64,000 nt of DNA from Promethearchaeota archaeon (GTDB taxonomy: Archaea; Asgardarchaeota; Lokiarchaeia; Sigyniarchaeales; SOKP01). The notes below the pieces were generated by a model. It was given only the letters and a program-made list of their open reading frames with translations. It was not told the origin of the DNA and made no database searches. The position numbers and the translations under genes are program-made. Below, in pieces: positions 9,266-16,880 of this stretch. The DNA lies in the NCBI GenBank assembly GCA_030599585.1, contig JAUVNS010000006.1, positions 160,001 through 224,000 of the forward strand, given 5' to 3'. Each line of letters opens with the position of its first letter. The first letter of the stretch is position 1.

Positions 9266-9916
9266 TTATTTCTTAGCTGTCAGTTTTGATATCCAAGCAT
9301 TCTGAATTTTTTCTTTTTCATCTTTATCGTGGAAAAGGTGCTTATCGAAAAACTCTAAAACTGCTAAAGTGGAGATAATTATTCCGATAATTCTTAATAT
9401 CTCAGGTATGATTGGAACTTGAAGCATTTTACCTAATCCATATATTAGAAAGAATAATCCAAGTCCAAAGGCAAGCCCATTACGTGTTTTTCTACCTTCT
9501 CTTAACAATATAACTGGAATAATAAAACCGATTATTACAGCATAAGAAATAAATAATATTAGAGTATCATTTATATAAAGCCCAAAACCTATGTAGAAAC
9601 TGGCAACTAATGGAAGCCAATACAATTTCTTCAACTTCTTAAGATAGAAGAAGAAGCGCAATTGAATGCTGAAAATTAATAGGGCAATAATGTTTGATAA
9701 GCTTAATCTGATACCTAAAACCAAATCTAAATCGATGAAAAATAGATTAGTAAGCCGAAAAATTGAATTAAAAAGCATTGCAGCAAAGAAAACTATTAAT
9801 CCAAGATAAATTGATTCCTTAATCTCCAAATAAGTTCTGATAATAATCAGTATTGTAATGACGCAAAAAATCAAAAAAACAATTTCTAGTATTAAAGGGA
9901 ACAACAAATCACTCAT
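9266..9916 (-). CDS. 7-TM membrane protein B (cassette copy 1)
   Basis: Likely start ATG 9916 (MSDLLFP...), overlapping the upstream stop by 8 nt. Seven hydrophobic segments. Homologous to 22328-22978 (GRK.RNGLA.G.GLFF; KI...WI.KL tail). Confidence 0.8.
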   Translation of the reverse strand: MSDLLFPLILEIVFLIFCVITILIIIRTYLEIKESIYLGLIVFFAAMLFNSIFRLTNLFFIDLDLVLGIRLSLSNIIALLIFSIQLRFFFYLKKLKKLYWLPLVASFYIGFGLYINDTLILFISYAVIIGFIIPVILLREGRKTRNGLAFGLGLFFLIYGLGKMLQVPIIPEILRIIGIIISTLAVLEFFDKHLFHDKDEKEKIQNAWISKLTAKK

Positions 9917-10562
9917 TTTGCTCAACCACACCTGCTTTAAATAATTTGAAATAACCAAGGGCGAAAATTAACCCAAAAATAGGATACACTAAACTTAAAA
10001 TCTGTCCAACTATTGTTTTTTCTGCTATTAGGGTTGGAAAAACAAGAGTAGCAAAGACAGCCAACCCTAATGAGCTATTATCTTTTAATTTAAATCCAGT
10101 GGCAAATAAAAACACAACTGCTATTACTCCACCCGCAAAAACATAAGGAAGAAGAAAAATAACTATTTCAGTTACCAAAAATACAATAAACATTCCTGCG
10201 AATATAAAAAAGGATAGAAAATAGAGCGATTCCCATCGATTTATATAACTCACCATTGATAGAGCTAGAGTGATCATTAATCCTAAGCCAAAACTATAAA
10301 ACGAAAATGTGTTAATTGAGATTATTAATTCTGCGTTGAGAACATCGCTGAGCGGTGTGCTTTCATAAAGAAACTCCCATATTAGGAGCCAGGAAAGCGA
10401 TAAGAAAATGCAGAATATAATAAATCTAATCATATTAAGTTTTTTTATTTGTCTTCTTTCTAATATTACTTTTCTACCTAATATTATCGTCATAATTGGA
10501 ATAATAATAATTCCAAGAAAATTTGCCACAAGTTCTATTATATCAGCTGTTTGTCCTAACAT
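9909..10562 (-). CDS. 7-TM membrane protein A (cassette copy 1)
   Basis: Seven hydrophobic segments. Homologous to 22980-23621 (IR.IIF; YINRWE.L.FS; FAGMF; KDN..LG.AVF). TAATG overlap with the upstream gene. Confidence 0.8.
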   Translation of the reverse strand: MLGQTADIIELVANFLGIIIIPIMTIILGRKVILERRQIKKLNMIRFIIFCIFLSLSWLLIWEFLYESTPLSDVLNAELIISINTFSFYSFGLGLMITLALSMVSYINRWESLYFLSFFIFAGMFIVFLVTEIVIFLLPYVFAGGVIAVVFLFATGFKLKDNSSLGLAVFATLVFPTLIAEKTIVGQILSLVYPIFGLIFALGYFKLFKAGVVEQNE

Positions 10563-11065
10563 TAGAAAAAACTACCTCGTACTTCAGGTCTAGATTTAAA
10601 TAATTTTGATTTTATATCTTTAAAAATGATCGATAGATCGATAGGAGCACCATCGATTAATATTAATTTTTCTTCGTTAATACCATTATAAATAGTTTGA
10701 ATATAGTCTGTTAAAACTTTTTCAGTTAGCAGGTCGCAATATTTCAATGTAGAAATAATGTTCTCTAAAACTGGTTTGTAAATATCAACATTTAACTTTT
10801 TCTTTATAAGAATAGAAATCGTTAATAAATCGTTTCTTTCTTCTTCATGTTCTATTTTGAATGCATACGACAAAACATTACACTTACTATATTTGCTTAC
10901 TGAGAAATCTCCACTATTAATACCTGTTGGAAGACATTTAGAAAGTAAGTCCTCTGATTCACTAAGAGTAGGATCAAGAGTAGGATAGGATATGACGATC
11001 TCTGGACTAGATAAATCGTAACCTCCTAATTTACATAGTATATACCGTTCTGTATTTTCAATCAT
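10562..11065 (-). CDS. Longin/uDENN-like domain protein (cassette copy 1)
   Basis: CKLGGY...PEIVISYP...LLSKCLPTG recalls the P.I...YP and C[FL]P.G motifs of uDENN-type longin domains. Homolog at 23623-24123. The fold call is an inference. Confidence 0.6.
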   Translation of the reverse strand: MIENTERYILCKLGGYDLSSPEIVISYPTLDPTLSESEDLLSKCLPTGINSGDFSVSKYSKCNVLSYAFKIEHEEERNDLLTISILIKKKLNVDIYKPVLENIISTLKYCDLLTEKVLTDYIQTIYNGINEEKLILIDGAPIDLSIIFKDIKSKLFKSRPEVRGSFF

Positions 11066-11108
11066 AAAAATGGTATTGATTTAATTAGAATTCCTTAAAC
11101 CTTAGCTA

Positions 11109-11169
11109 TTATCCCTTAGCTAATAGCGATCTAATAAATAGTAAAAGTTTGATTATTTAAATTTAAGTT
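11109..11169 (-). promoter_or_regulatory. Promoter/operator element upstream of the uDENN-7TM-7TM genes; repeated at 9163-9223
   Basis: 49/61-nt ungapped match to 9163-9223, at a similar distance from the start codon (44 vs 48 nt). Confidence 0.7.
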
Positions 11170-11227
11170 TAGCAAACTAATAATATAATATCTAAGTCGT
11201 ATCTATAAACGGTTACTAAAAAATGAT

Positions 11228-12541
11228 CTATACTATTTTTTTTGAAGCAGTTTTGTCTAATGCGTCCTGCAGGATTTTAATTGCGCAAAATTCCCCACAC
11301 ATGCTACAAACATCATTCTCTATTTTTCCGTTTCGAAAGTGAATCTCCCGAGATAATTCGGGATCAATCGAATGCTTTATCATTCCTTCCCAGTCTAGAT
11401 TCTTTCGAGCTATATCCATTTTTAAATCCCAGTCTGATGCTCTTTTGCCGTATTTGGCTATATTTACTGCGTGAGCCGCGATTTTTGAGGCAATCACACC
11501 TCTTTTTACATCTTCCTTGTTCGGTAATGCTAAGTGTTCAGAGGGGGTAACATAACAGAGATAGTCAGCTCCCGCTAATCCCGCCATAACACCACCGATA
11601 GCGCTTACAATGTGATCGTATCCAGGAGCAATATCAGTTACTAAAGGGCCTAACACGTAAAAGGGTGCGTTATTGCATAATGATTTCATAATTTTAATAT
11701 TTCTTTCAATTTCGTTAGCGGGTATGTGACCCGGACCCTCTACTATAACTTGCACATCTTGGGTCCAAGCGTGCTTTACTAATTTCGATATTTCTATAAG
11801 TTCTTGAATCTGTGCGTAATCTGTTGAATCAAAGATACTTCCTGGTCTCATACCATCACCAAGCGAAAGTGTAAAATCATACTCCTTAGCCATATCTAGC
11901 AAATAATCGTAATTACTATTGAAGGGATTTTCTAAATCATTCTCCAAAATCCAAGCTGCTAAAAAAGTTCCTCCACGAGATACGACTCCAGCTGTTCTCG
12001 GATGGTCTTTCAGATAATTAACAATTTCTTTCGTGATGCCAACATGGATTGTAAAGAAATCGACTCCTTCTTTAGCTTGCTCTTCTATAACGTTAAATAG
12101 GTCATCTTCATCAAAATTTATTACAGCTCCTTTCTTCTCTAACGCTATTAAAGCCGATTGGTAGATAGGAACTGTCCCAATTGGGACATTTATTTCGTTT
12201 AAAATTTGTCTTCGAATGTTTTTAACATCTGCTTCAGTTACTCCAGTGCTTAAATCCATAACAGTATCTGCCCCAAACTTCACCGCTATCTTTGCTTTTT
12301 CTAATTCTTCTTCAATGTCGCATACTCGTTTACTAGAACCTACATTAGCGTTAATTTTTACGAGTAAGCCCTCTCCTATCCCCATGGGCTCAGTTTTACG
12401 TTGGTTGGATTTTGGAATAACAATACGTCCTTGTGCTATTCCCTTACGGATGAATTCTACATCAACTTGCTCTTTTTTAGCAACAAATTTCATTTCTTCA
12501 GTTATTTTACCCTCACGCGCTATTTTCATTAGTGTAGACAA
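11228..12541 (-). CDS. thiC: Phosphomethylpyrimidine synthase
   Basis: Motifs KINANVG, GADTVMDLSTG, VSRGG, SLGDGMRPG, EGPGH, APFYVLGPLVTDIAPGYDH and CSMCGEFC. Confidence 0.97.
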   Translation of the reverse strand: MSTLMKIAREGKITEEMKFVAKKEQVDVEFIRKGIAQGRIVIPKSNQRKTEPMGIGEGLLVKINANVGSSKRVCDIEEELEKAKIAVKFGADTVMDLSTGVTEADVKNIRRQILNEINVPIGTVPIYQSALIALEKKGAVINFDEDDLFNVIEEQAKEGVDFFTIHVGITKEIVNYLKDHPRTAGVVSRGGTFLAAWILENDLENPFNSNYDYLLDMAKEYDFTLSLGDGMRPGSIFDSTDYAQIQELIEISKLVKHAWTQDVQVIVEGPGHIPANEIERNIKIMKSLCNNAPFYVLGPLVTDIAPGYDHIVSAIGGVMAGLAGADYLCYVTPSEHLALPNKEDVKRGVIASKIAAHAVNIAKYGKRASDWDLKMDIARKNLDWEGMIKHSIDPELSREIHFRNGKIENDVCSMCGEFCAIKILQDALDKTASKKIV

Positions 12542-12749
12542 ATTTTTAACCCTTCTCGTAATGTCATTAAACGTAATTTATAATTTAATATCGAATGCCT
12601 AATGCAAATTAGTAATATTTGAATTAAATTGTTTTGTTTAATAAAAAATAATGAATCTCCCATCCAATAATATTTTAATAGAATTAGAAATAACTACTAT
12701 CACTAATGTTATTAAATTCCATTGAAATTCCGTTAATAGGTGAGATTAA

Positions 12750-13646
12750 ATGGTAAGTAGAGGTATGAAAAGTGTTATAAAAATTCTAAAAGAAAAGAGA
12801 GAGAAGGAGATAAAGAAAAGAGTAAAAGAGGGTCGAGCGGGAATATTAGAACTGGCACGATTAGCACCTCTTCATAAAGATACTAAATTAGAGAATGTCG
12901 ATGCTGGCGGAGTCCCCGCTGCTTGGATGATTACACCAGAGGTTGCTAAAGACCGTGCGATATTGTATTTACATGGAGGGGGGTATGTTCAAGGTTCGAT
13001 TACTTCTCATCAAGATTTAGCTCAAAGAATTTCTATAGCCTCAAAAACAAAATTGTTGATATTAGATTACCGATTAGCTCCAGAACATCCATTTCCTGCT
13101 GCTTTAGAAGATTCAGTCCGAGCTTATGAATGGTTAATTAATAATGAGGGGTATGATCCAAAAGATTTAATTATTGCTGGAGATTCTGCTGGGGGTGGGT
13201 TAACACTTGCTACGCTTGTAAAACTACGAGATCAAGAAGTTCAATTACCCGCTGCTGCGGTTTGTCTTTCACCTTGGACAGATTTAGCGTTAACTGGAGA
13301 TTCATTGAAGCTTAAAATTCACGAAGATCCCTTCGTATCCCCAGACAGATTAATGTTCTCTGCGGGATTGTATTTAGGAAAAACGGACCCAAAAAATCCA
13401 TTCGCATCACCTTTATACGCCGATTTCAAAGGGTTTCCACCGCTCTGTATTCAAGTTGGAAGCGCAGAAATTTTGCTTGACGATGCTACTCGGCTAGCAA
13501 AACGAGCTAAAAAGGCAGGTATTGAAGTACAGTTAGATATTTGGGAAGATATGATTCACGTGTTTCAAGCGTTTGCTGTTATGGCACCTGAAGGTACAGA
13601 AGGGATCAATAAAATAGGAGAATTCATTAAAAAAGTCTTTAAATAG
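12750..13646 (+). CDS. Alpha/beta hydrolase, HSL-family esterase/lipase
   Basis: YLHGGGY, DYRLAPEHPFPAA, GDSAGG nucleophile motif, C-terminal HVF. Confidence 0.93.
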   Translation: MVSRGMKSVIKILKEKREKEIKKRVKEGRAGILELARLAPLHKDTKLENVDAGGVPAAWMITPEVAKDRAILYLHGGGYVQGSITSHQDLAQRISIASKTKLLILDYRLAPEHPFPAALEDSVRAYEWLINNEGYDPKDLIIAGDSAGGGLTLATLVKLRDQEVQLPAAAVCLSPWTDLALTGDSLKLKIHEDPFVSPDRLMFSAGLYLGKTDPKNPFASPLYADFKGFPPLCIQVGSAEILLDDATRLAKRAKKAGIEVQLDIWEDMIHVFQAFAVMAPEGTEGINKIGEFIKKVFK

Positions 13647-13672
13647 AAATAGAAAAAAAAAGAATTTAAAGT

Positions 13673-14011
13673 TTATACTTCTGGTGCAGTCATACCTAAG
13701 ATTTTATAAGCTTCTGTGAAATCCAAAAAGATTTCTGCTTTATATTTAAGTCCATCAATTTTTGAAGCCATGAATAAGTTTTGTTGAGTTGTCCGCTTTA
13801 GGGCTTCGCTTTCCATGCCTTTCATTATCTCACCAATACCATAAACTAAAAGAGTTCCATCTTCGTCGGAACCGACAGCTATGGCGATAGTTTTTTCAAT
13901 TGTTTTATCAGGGGGATTATCTTTTAAAAAATCAACATATGCTTTTGCTACTTTATTTGATTGATCAGGTGGAAACCAAACTCGAGATACTAGGAGTGTT
14001 ATTATAATCAC
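13673..14011 (-). CDS. Hypothetical protein
   Basis: 112-aa ORF filling the intergenic space, with protein-like composition and no recognised motif. Confidence 0.7.
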   Translation of the reverse strand: MIIITLLVSRVWFPPDQSNKVAKAYVDFLKDNPPDKTIEKTIAIAVGSDEDGTLLVYGIGEIMKGMESEALKRTTQQNLFMASKIDGLKYKAEIFLDFTEAYKILGMTAPEV

Positions 14012-14114
14012 ATCGTTTTTTTAATTAAATTAGATTTCGTTACAAATCTAAATTAGATGATGAGACATATAAATCTTCACTTTTTTGTCAGAAGGAAGGA
14101 TTAAGGATTAATAA

Positions 14115-14582
14115 TTAATAACCTACTTTCAATTGTTTTAAAAGCTCTATTAATGATACGGACAACTTATAATTTTTTAATTCGTCAAAAAGCACAAATT
14201 TAGCGTCTAGGGCATCGGAATCGGGTATAGGAAGTTGGTCCTCATCACCTTCAATTTGTTCTACAAAATAATTTATTAATACATAATGGTATTCAAGTTT
14301 ACCCTTATCGTCATACATAATTTTGTCTATGATACCCGCTAATTTAGTTACTCGCACTTTAAAACCGGTTTCTTCAAAACCCTCTCTTTCTGCAGCACTT
14401 TCAATCTTTTCGCCCAGATCCAAGTGTCCTCCAGGAATTGACCAATAACCGGCATCGGGTTCATATTTCCTTTTCACTAACAATAAAGAATTATTCCGGG
14501 TTAGCAATACGCCAACACCTATTAAAGGAACAATGGGATAGCGTCGTAATTCAAAAGGTTTTAATCTTTCTTTATTTGTCAT
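14115..14582 (-). CDS. NUDIX hydrolase (ADP-ribose pyrophosphatase-like)
   Basis: Nudix box PGGHLDLGEKIESAAEREGFEETG. Confidence 0.92.
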   Translation of the reverse strand: MTNKERLKPFELRRYPIVPLIGVGVLLTRNNSLLLVKRKYEPDAGYWSIPGGHLDLGEKIESAAEREGFEETGFKVRVTKLAGIIDKIMYDDKGKLEYHYVLINYFVEQIEGDEDQLPIPDSDALDAKFVLFDELKNYKLSVSLIELLKQLKVGY

Positions 14583-14670
14583 TATTAATAAGCTCTAAAT
14601 TGCATTAATTATTATTACTCTTTAAAGGTTTCAAAGATTTAAGATTAATTAAAAATACGAAAAGATTATT

Positions 14671-15162
14671 ATGGTTAGACCAAATTACTGGCCCATAAAT
14701 GGAATGCCTCATAAATCTGAACCATTTACTTGGATTGTGAGAGGGAAAATAGCAGCAAGTTGGTGGCCAGACCCGTCTGTAATCAAAAAATTTAAAGAAC
14801 AAAGTATATCTGTTGTTATAAACTGTTCAGAATTTGAAAACAGCAAAGAAATTAGAAATTCTTTTAAATTTTATCATATCAACGTTCCAGATTACGGATT
14901 ACCTACAGAAACTCAAATCGAAACTTTCTTAGCTATATGTGATAAACATGGGTTAAAGAATGAATCAATTGTAGTTCATTGTGTTGCAGGTTGTGGAAGA
15001 ACTGGACAATTTATAGTCGCTTGGGGAGCAAAGAACGGTTATATAGCAAAATCAATGGATCCCGTAAAATGGATAAGAAAGTACAGATCATGCAGCCTTG
15101 AGACCAAAGAACAAATGAATTTTGCTCGAAAAATGGCAAAAAAATATCAAATGATTCGATAA
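14671..15162 (+). CDS. Dual-specificity/tyrosine protein phosphatase
   Basis: Catalytic VHCVAGCGRTG (HCx5R), upstream VPDYGLP acid loop, ETKEQ Q-loop. Confidence 0.9.
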   Translation: MVRPNYWPINGMPHKSEPFTWIVRGKIAASWWPDPSVIKKFKEQSISVVINCSEFENSKEIRNSFKFYHINVPDYGLPTETQIETFLAICDKHGLKNESIVVHCVAGCGRTGQFIVAWGAKNGYIAKSMDPVKWIRKYRSCSLETKEQMNFARKMAKKYQMIR

Positions 15163-15273
15163 TTTTATTATGTAAAGTATTTATTGTACAAATTTTATTA
15201 TTTAGTAAATTTATGTTGCAATAAATCTAATTCTCTAAAATTAGATTAACAATTCTAACCGATAAGCGCTCTC

Positions 15274-16425
15274 ATGAACAAATCTGATTATGTTTATATG
15301 ATTTTAGATAATATACTGGTCTATAGTATTAATCTACCTCCAGAATTTCAGAACAATGGATTAGATGATCATCTTAATAATTTCGATGAGAACTATGTTA
15401 AAATCATTGCTGGATTTAATAAAAGCTTCTTGGAGCATTTCTTAACGGTTACGAAAGGGAAATCTCAGAAGGATGTAGCCGGTTTATTAAAGAAAATGGA
15501 AAAAATCGCCTATATGGTTGGTCCTATTGGGAATCTTAGCTATTTAGGAAGCGATCAAGTAGATCATCTTCTAACGAAAATAAATGATCTCAAGATCGAT
15601 GAAATAATCGAAGAAAAAATTAGTTTGCTAGCGGATGACCAATTGAGGCAGCAATTTGGTGGAAGCAATTACAACGCTTCAGAAGCATTAGAAAACCAAT
15701 TAGCAAGCGCTGCGTTTTTTTTAATGAACATGGGATATTCCCGAGAAGAAATTCAAGAAAAATTTAATGAAGTACGACAAGATCCTTCGAGATTAGATAC
15801 CTTGTTTAATACACAACAAAGAGAAATTTATAATTTACCAATGGAACTACAACAACCGTCCTCAACCTCCCCATCTAGGCCACAACAAACTTCGATAGAT
15901 CAAAGCAATGGTTTAAACGCATCAATTGCTCAACATATACAAACAATTCATCAAGAAATTACAGGAGAAAGAGCGGAAAAAGTTAAGGTTATTCTTGAAG
16001 AGATAAAAGCATATGTTAAAGATGACCTCTCCGAACTTCAAGAAAAAGTCTTCAGGCAAATGCACCCTGATAGATTAAAGCGCGCTCTGAAAATATTAAA
16101 AACAACAAAAAGAAAATCTAAAAGAATGAAACTTTATATTGAATGGTTTACAGATAGCTTGCTTTTATCAAAAATAGAGCTGAAGGTAGAACACTGGCAA
16201 GTCTCATCATCTGCAGACCACTCAAGTGCTGGAGTTTACACAGCCGGAATAGATTTTTCACGATATGACCCCATTATACGGGATTTTTCAGACGCTAAAT
16301 TAACTAAAGTTGTTAACATTAGTAGACGCATTTTACAGAAGCCATCTAAAAAAGCGATTCAGAAACTTGGTCAAGACCTCATAAGTGAAACTGGTTTCGA
16401 TGAACACCTTTATTTTACGGATTAG
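15274..16425 (+). CDS. Hypothetical protein with a central UBA-like MGY helix motif and a Q/S/P-rich linker
   Basis: 383-aa ORF. FLMNMGYSREEIQEKF resembles UBA domains. Confidence 0.7.
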   Translation: MNKSDYVYMILDNILVYSINLPPEFQNNGLDDHLNNFDENYVKIIAGFNKSFLEHFLTVTKGKSQKDVAGLLKKMEKIAYMVGPIGNLSYLGSDQVDHLLTKINDLKIDEIIEEKISLLADDQLRQQFGGSNYNASEALENQLASAAFFLMNMGYSREEIQEKFNEVRQDPSRLDTLFNTQQREIYNLPMELQQPSSTSPSRPQQTSIDQSNGLNASIAQHIQTIHQEITGERAEKVKVILEEIKAYVKDDLSELQEKVFRQMHPDRLKRALKILKTTKRKSKRMKLYIEWFTDSLLLSKIELKVEHWQVSSSADHSSAGVYTAGIDFSRYDPIIRDFSDAKLTKVVNISRRILQKPSKKAIQKLGQDLISETGFDEHLYFTD

Positions 16426-16539
16426 CTAGTATTAGAAACGTTGTTTATCTTTTTTTCTCCAAACAAGTATAAAATTTTTATTTATCCTTTTTAATATTAA
16501 TAATAAAACATTGAAATATATCAAAGAGAAGATTAGAAA

Positions 16540-16743
16540 GTGGGATTTTTAGAAAAATTAAAGGTTTTGTTGCTGGCTTTAAGTAGCGTATTCGTTTTTA
16601 TAGCGATCGCCGGGACAATTATTGCAAATTCTTTCTCTGCTTGAGGTAGTAGAATGAGCTATTATGACGGAATCTCAGGTATGGGTTATATAATTTCTGC
16701 ATTTTTAGTTGTGCTCTATTTAATTATCCCTGATAGAAAATAA
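16540..16743 (+). CDS. 2-TM microprotein with in-frame TGA at 16642-16644 (candidate selenoprotein, or a nonsense pseudogene)
   Basis: From GTG: VGFLEKLKVLLLALSSVFVFIAIAGTIIANSFSA-TGA-GSRMSYYDGISGMGYIISAFLVVLYLIIPDRK-TAA. One TM lies on each side of the TGA, in the same frame. Confidence 0.5.
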
Positions 16744-16756
16744 TTATCTTTTATAG

Positions 16757-16793
16757 ATGAGTCCATTAAAAAAAATTATAGTTAATGGAGGAT
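16757..16793 (+). promoter_or_regulatory. Putative eukaryote-type SECIS element
   Basis: ATGA-G-TCCATTAA-[AAAAAATTATAG]-TTAATGGA-G-GAT: AUGA/GA core, perfect 8-bp stem and A-rich loop, 13 nt after the stop of the TGA-containing ORF. Confidence 0.45.
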
Positions 16794-16880
16794 ACTTCCC
16801 GCGAGGAAGAAGAAGATTTGAATAAATAAAATGGTATTTCTAGAGGAAATCCTCGGGTACTAGAGAATTTACTGGAAGTT

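Noticed and set aside
12542-12749. Possible TPP riboswitch upstream of thiC
   Set aside because: The region is very AT-rich and lacks the GGG...CTGAGA...GATxxxGxTAAT..C..CG core.
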